A stretch of 64,000 nt of DNA from assembly GCA_963801355.1 (NCBI GenBank), contig CAWDEM010000008.1, forward strand, positions 704,001 through 768,000, in the 5' to 3' direction. The position numbers and the translations under genes are program-made. Positions 10,398 to 20,680 of the stretch are shown one piece after another (position 1 is the stretch's first letter; every line of letters begins with the position of its first letter). The notes below the pieces were generated by a model. The model saw nothing but the letters and a program-made list of their open reading frames with translations. It had not been told where the DNA came from and ran no database searches. Origin of the DNA: Ignavibacteriota bacterium (GTDB lineage Bacteria; Bacteroidota; Ignavibacteria; UBA10030; UBA6906).

Positions 10398-12065
10398 TCA
10401 GTGTTTCCTTTCGTAGATCACCCGCCCATCGAAGATTGTCATCTCGACCTTTGCGGTATTGAGCAGAGACGGATTCATGTGCAGAATGTCGTCGGAGAGC
10501 ACGACCATATCGGCGAGTTTTCCAGTTTCAACTGATCCCTTGAGTTTTTCGTCGAATGAGGCAAATGCTCCCCCGAGCGTGAACGCCTTGATCGCTTCCC
10601 CAACGCTGATCTTCTGCTCCGGAATCCAACCCCCGGGATGTTTCCCGTCGAGCGTGCTTCGAGTCACCGCACCATAGATTCCCATGAGGGGTTCCATCGG
10701 CGCGACCGGCCAGTCGGAGCCGAACGCGAGCGTGGCGCCCGCATCGAGCAGCGAACGGAATGCATAAGCCCCCTTCGCTCGTTCACGGCCGATCCTCTTC
10801 TCTGCCCATCGTCCATCATCGATCGCGTGGTAGGGCTGCATTGAGGCGATAACCCCCTGCCGTGCGAATGATGCGATCTCTCCTTCCTGCAGGTGCTGTG
10901 CGTGTTCGATGCGGAATCGCCTGTCGCGTGCTCCGTTGTGTTTTGCTGCCCTCTCGTACATGCCGAGAATAATCTGATTGGCGCGATCACCAATTGCGTG
11001 AATCCCGATTTGCAGTCCGGCGCTGTCGGCTGAGGTGATGTTGGCAAGCATTCGGGTTTCGGGTATCATCTCTTCGCTCGGGAGGCCGGATGTCGCCGGC
11101 GCGTCGTCGTACGGCGAGAAAAACAGGGCCGTCGTTGAGCCAAGAGAACCGTCCGCGAACCCCTTCATGCCGCCGATCTTCAGCTTCTCGTTGCCGAACC
11201 CTGCATGTAGCCCGATTGAAGCCTGGCGTTTCCAGGAACTGAGAGGTTGGAATCCGTAGATACGGACAGTGAGTTCGTCCCTGCCGAGGAGATCTTGGTA
11301 TGCGGCCAGAATATCCGATGATGCCGACATATCCTGGACGCTGGTCACACCATTCTCTGCTGCACACCGGAGCGCAGCGCGTATCGCGTCAACGATCTCT
11401 GCCGGTGAGGCGTCGGGGATCACCCGGTACACAGGATCCATTGCGGCGTCTTTGAGTATTCCGGTGGGCTCACCTTGCGCGTCTCGAACGATGGTTCCGC
11501 CCGGCGGGTCAGGTGTTTCCCTGGTGATCCCTGCAAGTTTGAGTGCAAGCGAATTGGCAAGGGCCATATGGCCGTCAAGCCGGTCAACGAAGACGGGGTT
11601 GTCGGGTGTTCCCTTGTCGATCATCGCTCGCGTTGGCAAATGTGCCGGTGTCCATCCTTCATGATCCCAGTTTCCCCCTGTGATCCACTGCCCTTTCGGG
11701 ATGCGTGCAGCGAATTCACGTATCCGCTCAGCAAATTCCCCGGCCGACTTGGCCGTGCGGAGTTGCACGCCGCTGAGATTCGCCCCGCCGGAATAGAAAT
11801 GCAGATGCGCGTCGTTGAATCCAGGCACGACTCGTTTGCCGGCCAGGTTGATAACCCGGGTTTTCTCCCCGGCCCACGAACGAATGTCGTTCGTCGATCC
11901 CACCGCAACGATCCTGCTTCCTATGCACGCGACAGCTTCTGCTTCCGGCTGCTTCGGATTGACGGTCCAGATCTTACCGTTCACGAGAATCAAGTCGGCG
12001 TACGACTGTGCATTTGTCGTGTTGAAAGCAAGGATTGACATGATAACGAGAAGTAATGGTTTCAT
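10398..12065 (-). CDS. Secreted metal-dependent amidohydrolase (YtcJ/Amidohydro_3-like)
   Basis: Signal peptide [10 protein letters not shown]; [35 protein letters not shown]. Confidence 0.9.
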   Translation of the reverse strand: MKPLLLVIMSILAFNTTNAQSYADLILVNGKIWTVNPKQPEAEAVACIGSRIVAVGSTNDIRSWAGEKTRVINLAGKRVVPGFNDAHLHFYSGGANLSGVQLRTAKSAGEFAERIREFAARIPKGQWITGGNWDHEGWTPAHLPTRAMIDKGTPDNPVFVDRLDGHMALANSLALKLAGITRETPDPPGGTIVRDAQGEPTGILKDAAMDPVYRVIPDASPAEIVDAIRAALRCAAENGVTSVQDMSASSDILAAYQDLLGRDELTVRIYGFQPLSSWKRQASIGLHAGFGNEKLKIGGMKGFADGSLGSTTALFFSPYDDAPATSGLPSEEMIPETRMLANITSADSAGLQIGIHAIGDRANQIILGMYERAAKHNGARDRRFRIEHAQHLQEGEIASFARQGVIASMQPYHAIDDGRWAEKRIGRERAKGAYAFRSLLDAGATLAFGSDWPVAPMEPLMGIYGAVTRSTLDGKHPGGWIPEQKISVGEAIKAFTLGGAFASFDEKLKGSVETGKLADMVVLSDDILHMNPSLLNTAKVEMTIFDGRVIYERKH

Positions 12066-12155
12066 CGGTTGTGTGCACCCTAGATGTTGCTTGTTCGCAG
12101 CTGACGGTTTGTGGAGCAATATACCACCGGAGACGCCTGATGTCAATGATATCGG

Positions 12156-12193
12156 ATATCGGTGCGAGAATATCGGTGCGAGAATATCGGTGA
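12156..12193. repeat. 14-bp tandem repeat, about 2.7 copies
   Basis: ATATCGGTGCGAGA ATATCGGTGCGAGA ATATCGGTGA. Confidence 0.8.
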
Positions 12194-12310
12194 GCGAAGA
12201 CCCACGCTCCACTGAAGTTCGACGCATCTAGTCTCTCAAGCGGCGTGTACTTGTACCATCTGACGGTAGGAGGATTTGAGCAAACTCGGAAGATGGTTGT
12301 CGTAAAGTAA
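12194..12310 (+). pseudogene. Orphan fragment of a T9SS-type C-terminal sorting domain
   Basis: Reads [38 protein letters not shown], with an in-frame TGA at 12191 and no start or upstream body. Confidence 0.65.
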
Positions 12311-12342
12311 GTCTTTGCCCTCTCCCGGCATGCAGGATTGCG

Positions 12343-12373
12343 TTGAGGCGTGAGCTCGGAGCTCACGCCTCAA
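12343..12373. terminator. Perfect inverted repeat, possible bidirectional terminator
   Basis: TTGAGGCGTGAGCTC-G-GAGCTCACGCCTCAA between convergent ends; no U-tail. Confidence 0.5.
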
Positions 12374-12397
12374 TGGACGCGGGTGGCCCCTCAATTC

Positions 12398-12865
12398 TCA
12401 CCGATGCCGTCCATGGCCGTGGAACCCGCCAAAGACGCGGACTCCGTAGTATGCGCGCGGCGCCCAATAATATGAAGGCCAGAACCAGGGGTCGTAATAC
12501 GGATACCCGCCCCACCAGTAGTAGTCGTACGGATAGGTGCGATAAACCGTAGGCCGGTCTTCCTTCCTCGACGACTCATCAGCCAAAAGCATCGCATGAA
12601 TCACGGTGTCGGCAACACCGGAATCAGCGAGCGCAATCACATCCGGTGTGCGCAACCGGAATGTCGAGCCCGTGGTGTTGATCATCCTCACGATCACGTC
12701 GTTGCTGATTCCCGCTTTCGTCAAAGCAATGACATCCTCCTGCCTCAACACCACGAGCGAGTCCTGCGGCGTTCCCTGGGCACGTGTTGCATAATGCTCC
12801 GGAACACATCCCGACGCACCCAGAATACACACGGCCGCTAGTACAGCCACAGCTATCTTTTTCAC
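12398..12865 (-). CDS. Hypothetical lipoprotein with Tyr/Trp/Pro/Gly-rich tail
   Basis: Lipobox ASGC; repeated DVIAL-x(2)-xGI/V helical units; GGAGG RBS before GTG. Confidence 0.8.
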   Translation of the reverse strand: MKKIAVAVLAAVCILGASGCVPEHYATRAQGTPQDSLVVLRQEDVIALTKAGISNDVIVRMINTTGSTFRLRTPDVIALADSGVADTVIHAMLLADESSRKEDRPTVYRTYPYDYYWWGGYPYYDPWFWPSYYWAPRAYYGVRVFGGFHGHGRHR

Positions 12866-13131
12866 AGCCCTTCCCTCCTTATCTCTCCATTTGGTTCACG
12901 TAACTACCGATTAATTGTTTTCATTCTTTTGACAACTCCCGGTGCCCGGAGGTTTATCTCCAATGCGCTTGAAAAGTATGGAGAAGCCAGCCAACATCGA
13001 AGGGGTGCCCGTCTCTTTCGGGAGCCAAGTTACCGGGTAGCAGCCGAAGAGCTATATGGATGGGGAATATCGCAGGTGGGAGATGCCAGAGTCCTTGACT
13101 CCGTGAGAGAGGCCTGTAGTGCCGTCGGTGT

Positions 13132-14307
13132 TCATTTGCCGTTCCTGCCAACATAGCGGAGCGACAGGACGGTAATATCGTCCGATTGCGGGGCCTCGCG
13201 CGTGTGTTTCTTGAGATCGGCGATGCTTCCCTGCACGATTTCCTGAATTGCCTTTCCGCTCGTCGATCTCAGATACGACTCCAGTCGGGACTCCTTATAC
13301 TGATTCATTTCGGAGTCCATCGCCTCACTCACGCCGTCAGTGTAGACGAACAGCGAGTCGCCCTTTGCCAGATGAAACCGTTTTGTCTCGAAGTCCGCAT
13401 GCTGAAACTTTCCGAGAAACATCCCGTCGGTCATCGGGAGCTGCTCAATATCCCCCATCGCACGGACGTGATAGGGAAGATTGTGTCCCCCGTTGCTGTA
13501 CTGGACCTCGCCGGTGTGGATATTGAGAACACCGTAAAAGACCGTCACAAAAGTCGAGTCATCACTTTCCGGTATCAAAAGCGTGTTAAGCCTTCGCAAG
13601 ACCTCGCCGGGATTGACGATCTGATGCGCGACAGCTTTCAGCAGGGTGCGGCTCACCGCCATGTAGATCGCCGCCGGAATCCCCTTTCCCGAGACATCAC
13701 CCACGGCAAAGGCCAGACGGTCTTCGTCGATAAGATAGAAATCGTAGAAGTCCCCACCAACCTCTTTTGCTGTCAGCATCTCCGCATAAATGTCTATCTC
13801 GGGACGGTGCGGGAATGGTGGAAACGTCTTCGGCAGCATGGATTGCTGGATGCGTGTGGCTGTGCTCAAATCCCGCTGCACTGCGACGAGCTCATCCCTT
13901 GTTTTCATCGCGTGCCGGATGATATCGAGCTGCCGTATGGTTTTCTGCACCGTGAGATCGAGATCCTTGAAATCGATCGGCTTTGTCAGGAAGTCGAAGG
14001 CACCCCGGTTCATGGCAGTGCGGATGTTCTCCATATCGCCGTACGCGGAGATAATGACGGACTTGATGCAGGGGTTGTTCCGCTCACCGACCTTCTCCAG
14101 AAGTGTGAGGCCGTCCATCTCGGGCATGTTGATGTCCGAAAGGATAACCGAAATATCCGGATGTGCATCAAGCCTGCTCAGCGCCTGGAGGCCGTTCTGG
14201 GCAAACTCGAACCGGAGTTCGTCATCGCGAATCTGCTTCCGGAATCTCTGGCGGATGAGGATTTCAAGATCCGGTTCATCATCGACTACGAGAATCTTAG
14301 GAGGCAT
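13132..14307 (-). CDS. REC-SpoIIE/PP2C phosphatase (RsbU/RsbP-like)
   Basis: ILVVDDE, SDINMP receiver; VGGDFYD, GDVSGKG, YTDGV, DDIT PP2C motifs. Confidence 0.92.
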   Translation of the reverse strand: MPPKILVVDDEPDLEILIRQRFRKQIRDDELRFEFAQNGLQALSRLDAHPDISVILSDINMPEMDGLTLLEKVGERNNPCIKSVIISAYGDMENIRTAMNRGAFDFLTKPIDFKDLDLTVQKTIRQLDIIRHAMKTRDELVAVQRDLSTATRIQQSMLPKTFPPFPHRPEIDIYAEMLTAKEVGGDFYDFYLIDEDRLAFAVGDVSGKGIPAAIYMAVSRTLLKAVAHQIVNPGEVLRRLNTLLIPESDDSTFVTVFYGVLNIHTGEVQYSNGGHNLPYHVRAMGDIEQLPMTDGMFLGKFQHADFETKRFHLAKGDSLFVYTDGVSEAMDSEMNQYKESRLESYLRSTSGKAIQEIVQGSIADLKKHTREAPQSDDITVLSLRYVGRNGK

Positions 14308-14671
14308 ACAGCACGTCCTTTTTGACCTGCTCGAAGTCGATCGGCTTCGTGAAATAGTGTTCGGCTCCGGTCGACATGGCGGTTCTGAAATTGAGTTCGT
14401 CACCATAGGCGGTGATCATGGAGACCCGGATGGCGGGGTATTTCTCTTTTACTGCCCGCAAGAGATCCAGCCCGGTGATGCCGGGCATGTTGATATCCGA
14501 AAGAATACAGCCCACATCCGGAGGATTCACGGTCTGGAGGTAGTCCAGTGCCTCCTCTCCCGAGAACGCATAACAGAGCTGGACGCGTCCATCCTTTACT
14601 TCTTTGCGGAATTGCTGGCGGAAAAGGATTTCCACATCCCGTTCGTCATCGACGATCATGATTTTCATCAT
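14297..14671 (-). CDS. Single-domain response regulator
   Basis: IVDDE, SDINMPG, ITAYG, TKP; overlaps both neighbouring genes. Confidence 0.92.
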   Translation of the reverse strand: MMKIMIVDDERDVEILFRQQFRKEVKDGRVQLCYAFSGEEALDYLQTVNPPDVGCILSDINMPGITGLDLLRAVKEKYPAIRVSMITAYGDELNFRTAMSTGAEHYFTKPIDFEQVKKDVLYAS

Positions 14672-17600
14672 GCACCTCCCTTTCCATTCATTGCAAGCCG
14701 GGGGATAGTGATCACAAATTCCGTGTACTGTCCCTCTTGTGAATCCACGCTGATTCCTCCTTTGTGCTCCTGCGTGATGATGTCGTAGGAAAGCGACAGG
14801 CCGAGCCCTGTTCCGACGCCTGCCGGCTTCGTCGTGAAGAACGGATTGAAGATCTTTTCGCGGATCGCATCCGGGATGCCGTTGCCATTGTCCCTGATCC
14901 GGATTTCAACGCTCTCTTTCAGATTCTTGGCGGTCACGCGCACAATCGGCGCAAAACCATTCTGGGAAGTTTTCTTCTTCTCGTACGCGGCATAGCAGGC
15001 GTTGTTGACGATGTTGAGGAACGCCCGACTCAGGTCCTGGGGAACGACGTTGACTTTGCCCACACCAGGATCAAATTCGGTCTCGATCTTCACGTTGAAT
15101 GATTGGTCCTGCGCCCTCATGCCATGGTAGGCCAGATTCGTGTATTCTGCGAGCAGGGCATTCAGATCGGTCTCCTGCCGCTCCCCCGATTTGCCGCGCG
15201 AGTGCAGGAGCATGCCGCGCACGATGCTGTCAGCACGCTTGCCGTGCTCGTTGATCTTGCCGACGTTCTGCTCGAGGTCGCTCAGCAGTTCTTCGATTTC
15301 CTTCGCCCGGCTGGGGTCGACTCTGTCGCATTCGGCGGCAAGTTCTCTCCGAAGATCCTTCGTCAGGTCGTGAGACAAAACGGAGAAATTCGTGATGAAA
15401 TTGAGCGGATTCTTGATCTCGTGGGCAATTCCCGCTGTCAGCTGACCGAGCGAAGCCATCTTCTCTGAGAGAATAAGTTGTTTCTGGGTTTCTTTCAGGT
15501 TGTCGAGTGTCTTCTGGAGCTCCCCGGTCCTATCCTGGACCAGCTGTTCGAGTTCCGCTTTATGCTTCTTCAAATTCCGCGTCCGGTAGAGATAGAACGA
15601 TGGGCCGGCGGTCAGGAACCCAATCACTACCAGCGCAATGAACCATGGCGTCTGATAGAAGTACGGACTCAGTACAAAGCTCGTTGATGCCCCCGTTTCG
15701 TTCCATACACCATCGCTGTTGGCGGCGATGACACGAAACGTATACTCTCCCGGATCCAGATGCGTATAGTACGCGTCGCGCCGTGCTCCCGCGTCGATCC
15801 AGCCGTCGTCAAGTCCCACCAGCCGATATTTGTAATGCACTTCGTTCGCGCCGGCGAAACTGATCCCCGCGTAATGGAATTCGAAGCGGGACTTTCCGGC
15901 AGGCACACGGACCTGTCCGTTCGCCGGCTGTCGTTCTCCCTCCACCAGGAACCGGTCGATCACCACAGGAGGAGGGACCTGGTTCATCCGGATATCAGCG
16001 GGGTTGACAACGACGATTCCTTTGGTTGTCGAAAAGCAGATCCCCCCGTCCCTGAGTTTGAATCCGGAGGGAAAAAAGCCGCCGTTGCACTCACGGCTCT
16101 CCATCCCATCCGCGGCGCCATACGAAGTGCACGTGACCGATACCGCATTCCCGTCTGCTACATCATTGAGCTGTTTCTTGCTGACGCGCGACACCCCCTT
16201 GTTCGAGGACATCCAGAAATATCCCGCATTGTCCTCAAGAATGGCGTAGACGTTGTAGTCGAACAATCCTTGCTGCGGTGAGATACCGACGAATTTGCCG
16301 TCTTTGTATCGAAAGGTTCCCTGACCCCCGGTGCCTATCCAGATGGCACCATCGGCGTCCTCATGAAAGGCCATAGCCCAGTCCGCATCAAAGCCTTCTT
16401 CCTTTCCGACCCGCTTGAGACGCCCATCCTTATACCAGTACATCCTCGATTCCGTGCCGATCCAGATCGTCCCCCGGCTGTCCTCGAAGAGAGTAGTGAT
16501 CGGGTCCGTCAAGTTTTCCCTCGCACCAACCGTGTCGATCGGAATGAACTTACCTCGACTGTATGAGAGGAGCTGATTCCGTGAGGCGATGAGCCATTCC
16601 CCCGACCTTGTAAGAAGAAAAGCATTCCCTCTGATGTCCGGCTCACCGTTGACAGTGCGGGAGCGTGGCGTGATTGTTCCGTTTCGCAGCGTGTACAGTC
16701 CCCGGGATGAACCAATCCAGATAGTGCCTTCACTGTCTTCTCCCAGAGCGCGCACATCCACCAGGGGTGGACCCTTTCTGTTTTGGGAATGGGTGATGAC
16801 GCCGCCCTGGAGGCGGTTGAGTGCGCCGAAGGCTGTTCCTATCCAGATGGCTCCGGTATGATCTTCAAAGACGGCTTCCGTGTTGTCTTCGCTGAGGCCG
16901 ACTTTGGAAGAGTAGGTGACGAATTTCTCATCCCGAAACCGGTCCACTCCCCCGCCGAAGGTGCTTACCCAGACGCTGCCTTCACGGTCGATCAGCATGT
17001 CTTGCACGCCGTTGTCAGACAGCCCGTCGCTTCGCTGGTAGCGCTCAAACTTACCGCCGGCAAATCGTGCGATTCCTTTGCCGGTCGCGAGCCAGAGGCT
17101 CCCTTCTGCGTCTTCCTGGATGAGAGAGATATTGTTCTCATCGCGATCTGCCGAGGCGTTGTACTTTGTGAACTTGCCATCCACGAACGCATTCAATCCT
17201 CCGGCGGTCGCAATCCAGAGAGTTCCCCGGGCATCTTCGTGGAAGGATTGTATGGTCGGATTTGTGAGCAAGGCCTTCTTGTCGTAGCGTGTGACTGTTC
17301 CACCGCGATAGGCGAGGAGATGGGTCGTGGAGTTCATCCAGAGAGTGCCGTGACGGTCTTCAAAACAATTCGAATTGGGATTAAGGCGGCGGAAGACCGT
17401 GTCGGGGAATTCCTTCCGGCCGGTCATGATTTCTATTTTTCCCGCGCTGAGGCGGGCCAGCCCTCGCGGTGTACTAATCCAGAGATTGTCGTTGCTGTCA
17501 ACTCCGAGGGTGCTGATTGTATCAGCGGGGAGACCGTCACTGACCGTATATGTTTTGAACTTCCCCTCCTTGAATTCGGCGAGGCCTCCCAGTGTGCCGA

Positions 17601-18060
17601 GCCACGTTGTGCCGTGCTTGTCGCACTGCCAGCAGATCGCCCGGTTGTGCGGAAGCCCGTTGGATGTGTCATAGAGAACGAATTTACCGCCGTCATACCG
17701 GAGGACTCCCGGAGCATAGCCTATCGGTCGCATCCATAATCCGCCTTCGGCGTCTTCGTTCAACCTGGTCATCCAGGGCGTGGGAAATTCTTTCGTATTC
17801 GTTCTGTCGAACACCGTGAACTCCACCCCGTCGAAGCGGGCAAGCCCTTCCTGAGTGGCGAACCAGATGTAGCCGTCCCGGGTCTGCGTCATGCTCGCAG
17901 CGGAATTCTGGGGCAGGCCGTCGTCAGCGTTCCAGATTTGGTGCACATACTGCTTGATCGATTTTCGCTGGGCCTGCCCAGACCCTGCCGTCATGCAAAG
18001 CAGAATGGCGACAAGACCGAAAATCCATGTCCGGCGTGGCACTCGTGAGGACTTGCGCAT
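14668..18060 (-). CDS. Sensor histidine kinase with periplasmic Reg_prop beta-propellers and Y_Y_Y domain
   Basis: Signal/TM; repeated DGL...LWIGT blades; [11 protein letters not shown]; TM; AHEIKNP, NIVNNA, DNGNGI, FFTTK, GTGLGL. Confidence 0.93.
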   Translation of the reverse strand: MRKSSRVPRRTWIFGLVAILLCMTAGSGQAQRKSIKQYVHQIWNADDGLPQNSAASMTQTRDGYIWFATQEGLARFDGVEFTVFDRTNTKEFPTPWMTRLNEDAEGGLWMRPIGYAPGVLRYDGGKFVLYDTSNGLPHNRAICWQCDKHGTTWLGTLGGLAEFKEGKFKTYTVSDGLPADTISTLGVDSNDNLWISTPRGLARLSAGKIEIMTGRKEFPDTVFRRLNPNSNCFEDRHGTLWMNSTTHLLAYRGGTVTRYDKKALLTNPTIQSFHEDARGTLWIATAGGLNAFVDGKFTKYNASADRDENNISLIQEDAEGSLWLATGKGIARFAGGKFERYQRSDGLSDNGVQDMLIDREGSVWVSTFGGGVDRFRDEKFVTYSSKVGLSEDNTEAVFEDHTGAIWIGTAFGALNRLQGGVITHSQNRKGPPLVDVRALGEDSEGTIWIGSSRGLYTLRNGTITPRSRTVNGEPDIRGNAFLLTRSGEWLIASRNQLLSYSRGKFIPIDTVGARENLTDPITTLFEDSRGTIWIGTESRMYWYKDGRLKRVGKEEGFDADWAMAFHEDADGAIWIGTGGQGTFRYKDGKFVGISPQQGLFDYNVYAILEDNAGYFWMSSNKGVSRVSKKQLNDVADGNAVSVTCTSYGAADGMESRECNGGFFPSGFKLRDGGICFSTTKGIVVVNPADIRMNQVPPPVVIDRFLVEGERQPANGQVRVPAGKSRFEFHYAGISFAGANEVHYKYRLVGLDDGWIDAGARRDAYYTHLDPGEYTFRVIAANSDGVWNETGASTSFVLSPYFYQTPWFIALVVIGFLTAGPSFYLYRTRNLKKHKAELEQLVQDRTGELQKTLDNLKETQKQLILSEKMASLGQLTAGIAHEIKNPLNFITNFSVLSHDLTKDLRRELAAECDRVDPSRAKEIEELLSDLEQNVGKINEHGKRADSIVRGMLLHSRGKSGERQETDLNALLAEYTNLAYHGMRAQDQSFNVKIETEFDPGVGKVNVVPQDLSRAFLNIVNNACYAAYEKKKTSQNGFAPIVRVTAKNLKESVEIRIRDNGNGIPDAIREKIFNPFFTTKPAGVGTGLGLSLSYDIITQEHKGGISVDSQEGQYTEFVITIPRLAMNGKGGA

Positions 18061-18365
18061 AGGATGTTGACTCTCGGGTAATGTGAATTGAATGCTGATT
18101 GTCGCTGAGATCGTATCTGGAATTAGGGGTTCAACTGATGCAAAAGTGACTGAGGGGGGAGGCGATTCGACTGGCCGCAATGCGTCCATTCGATCGAGTT
18201 CGGGGCAGTGGCCGGCCATCGGATCGCTCTCTATTTCAAAGTGAGCACAGGGAACAGCAATTACAGCATTTACCTCCAGGTATAACCCATGACTGACCAA
18301 ATAAGTTTCATACTTTTCAACTTTTCACTCGTTGGCCCCCGGCCGACCCGTCTGCATTTGTTCAA

Positions 18366-18397
18366 TTGACTTTTCTCAAAATACCTCATATTTTGAG
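18366..18397 (+). promoter_or_regulatory. Sigma70-type promoter with overlapping palindromic operator for the sugar porter
   Basis: TTGACT-17nt-TATTTT; CTCAAAATA-N5-TATTTTGAG at 18375-18397. Confidence 0.55.
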
Positions 18398-18425
18398 CGT
18401 ATTCGACGAATTCGACGAGGGGAGC

Positions 18426-19802
18426 ATGGCCTTTCTTGGATGGATTTGCCTGGTCGCGTCACTCGGTGGTTTTCTCTTCGGGTATGACACCGCGGTGATT
18501 TCGGGGACATTCGAATTCGTGGAGCGGCAGTTCGGCCTCTCCAAGGTCGAAGTGGGGTGGTTCGGGAGTGCCGCACTGGTGGGTTGCATCATCGGCGCAG
18601 CGGCGGCGGGCTGGTTCGGCGACCGCTACGGGCGGAAGCCGGTCCTGATCATCGCCGGCGTCTTCTTCTTCGCTTCGGCTCTCTGGTGCACGATTCCCGA
18701 ATCGTTTGGCGGCCTGGTAACCGCCCGTGCGCTCGGAGGATTGGGTGTAGGAATGGCCTCAGTCCTGGCCCCGATGTATATCTCCGAGTTCGCACCACCG
18801 CGTGTGCGCGGACGCGTACTGGCGCTCTACCAGTTCGCGATCGGACTCGGAATACTGGCCGCCTACCTTGTGAACTACCTTCTCCTTACCAACGCTCAAG
18901 AGACAACAGCAGCAGGCCTGACGACCGGGGCATTCCACCGCATCTTCATCTCAGAAGTCTGGCGATCGATGTTCGGCATGGAAATGATTCCTGCCCTGAC
19001 GTTCACCATATTTCTCTTCTTCGTCCCTGAAAGTCCACGGTGGCTCGTGAAAGCAGGAAGAAAGCGGAAGGCATTTGCAGCGTTGAGCCGGATCGATGGT
19101 TCCGAGATCGCCGGCCGGGTTGTTGAAGAAATTGGAACTGCATTGAACCACCAGGAAGGCAGGCTACGCGAACTTTGTCGACCGGGGCTCAGGAGAGCGC
19201 TCGTGCTCGGGGTGGGATTGGCTTTTTTCGGTCAGCTTACAGGGGTCAATGCCGTGGTGTACTATGGTCCAACAATCCTCCGGGCGGCTGGTTTGGAGAG
19301 CGGAAGTGCGCTTCTGTATCAGGTTGCTCTCGGGAGCATCGGGCTGCTCTTCACTTTTGTTGCAAGCATGAAGATGGACAGCTGGGGACGACGGCCGCTC
19401 CTGGTTGGAGGCATGGTCTTCGTCACGCTCGCCATGACAGCAACGGCCGTCCTGGTGCATGCGGGCGCCCCGGCCATCTGGATCGTCGTTCTCCTTGGCA
19501 TCTACATGGCCTGTCTCGCGCTTTCGATCTGCTCTGTCATCTGGGTGCTCACGCCGGAGATATTTCCCACACGCGTCCGGGGCCGGGCCTCCTCTATCGC
19601 AACGTTTACGACCTGGAGCACAAACGCGTTGGTCGCATTCGCTTTTCCCTGGTACGTTGACCGGCTCGGCATCGATGGCGGTTTCTTCACATTCGCCGCC
19701 ATTTGCGCCGTAGCCACCGTGTTCTTCTGGAAGATCACCCCTGAAACTCGCGGGAGGAGCCTGGAGGAGATCGAGAAGGAGTTCGCCGGGATCCCCTATT
19801 GA
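18426..19802 (+). CDS. Sugar porter family MFS transporter (XylE/AraE-like)
   Basis: GGFLFGYDTAVISG, DRYGRK, PESPRWL, PETRGRSLEEI. Confidence 0.93.
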   Translation: MAFLGWICLVASLGGFLFGYDTAVISGTFEFVERQFGLSKVEVGWFGSAALVGCIIGAAAAGWFGDRYGRKPVLIIAGVFFFASALWCTIPESFGGLVTARALGGLGVGMASVLAPMYISEFAPPRVRGRVLALYQFAIGLGILAAYLVNYLLLTNAQETTAAGLTTGAFHRIFISEVWRSMFGMEMIPALTFTIFLFFVPESPRWLVKAGRKRKAFAALSRIDGSEIAGRVVEEIGTALNHQEGRLRELCRPGLRRALVLGVGLAFFGQLTGVNAVVYYGPTILRAAGLESGSALLYQVALGSIGLLFTFVASMKMDSWGRRPLLVGGMVFVTLAMTATAVLVHAGAPAIWIVVLLGIYMACLALSICSVIWVLTPEIFPTRVRGRASSIATFTTWSTNALVAFAFPWYVDRLGIDGGFFTFAAICAVATVFFWKITPETRGRSLEEIEKEFAGIPY

Positions 19803-20626
19803 GGATATCGCCCCGAGACGCGCAGGTACCCTTCGAGAAGAGCCCTGGCAAGAGCGTTTTTATGTTTCCTGTAGTAGCGGAGCTGCGAGGTCCGATACAC
19901 GCGTGACTTGCCGCTCGGGACTTCCTCGGATCCGCCGTGGCCGTGATCGTGGATCACAGTAAACGAAGGGTCAAAACCTACTTTGTATCCTGCCTTGGCC
20001 AGGCGTTTGCAGAGGTCGGAATCTTCAAAGTACAGGTAGTATCCATCGTCGAAGCCGCCAACCTCTGAAAATGCATCCCGCCGGACAAGAAGCGCTCCAC
20101 CCGTCGCCCAATCCACCCATTTTGCCTGCTCAAAACGTCGCTTGATGGCCTTTCGAACAATTGCCGACTTGCTACTGAGGATCCTCTCAGATTTCAAACG
20201 GGCTTCGTTCAAGAGTCCCGGGAACCTGTCGTAGGAAAACTCGGGCTGACCTTTTGTGGTGACGAGGAGAGGACTCAACGCTGCCGTGGTTTTTTCGCGC
20301 AGAAGCCTGTCCGCGAATGCGGGCAGCGATCCGCCTCTGAACCGGCAGTCGGGATTCAAGAAGAACAGAACCTCCCCATCGGAATTCCTGGCCCCGTGGT
20401 TGCATCCGTCCCCGAAGCCTTTGTTCTGCGGGTATTCAATAATGCGCACTCCATCGAAGCTCCGGGGAAGCTTGAGGCGTTCGGAGAGTGCGGGTTCCGC
20501 AGGAGAATGATCGATAATGATCCATTCGACCTCGGGCAGCGCGCCCAGGGTTTCTGCGGAATCAAGTAACCTTTGCAGAACCTCCGTGCATTTATAGTGA
20601 ATCGTGACGATGCTCAGCTTGTGCAT
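19796..20626 (-). CDS. GT2 family glycosyltransferase (WbbL-like)
   Basis: NKGFGDGCN, FLNPD, GGFDDGYYLYFEDSDLC. Confidence 0.88.
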   Translation of the reverse strand: MHKLSIVTIHYKCTEVLQRLLDSAETLGALPEVEWIIIDHSPAEPALSERLKLPRSFDGVRIIEYPQNKGFGDGCNHGARNSDGEVLFFLNPDCRFRGGSLPAFADRLLREKTTAALSPLLVTTKGQPEFSYDRFPGLLNEARLKSERILSSKSAIVRKAIKRRFEQAKWVDWATGGALLVRRDAFSEVGGFDDGYYLYFEDSDLCKRLAKAGYKVGFDPSFTVIHDHGHGGSEEVPSGKSRVYRTSQLRYYRKHKNALARALLEGYLRVSGRYPQ

Positions 20627-20680
20627 GATACAGGCTCCGGATTCGGGGTGTAGCTGCTGACCTCGTTGTGACGGGGGAAC

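Noticed and set aside
12156-12193. CRISPR-like array
   Set aside because: Direct tandem copies with no spacers and no cas genes.
12920-13130. Possible riboswitch or small ORF
   Set aside because: No conserved riboswitch core recognised; the 75-aa ORF lacks an RBS and motifs.
13186-14788. Two long + strand ORFs (379 and 332 aa)
   Set aside because: Antisense shadows of the well-supported REC and PP2C genes.
18061-18300. Long N-terminal extensions in the ORF track (also at 12227, 35418, 39898, 53843, 60387)
   Set aside because: Downstream starts match signal peptides, RBSs or domain boundaries better; several extensions overlap promoters or neighbouring genes.
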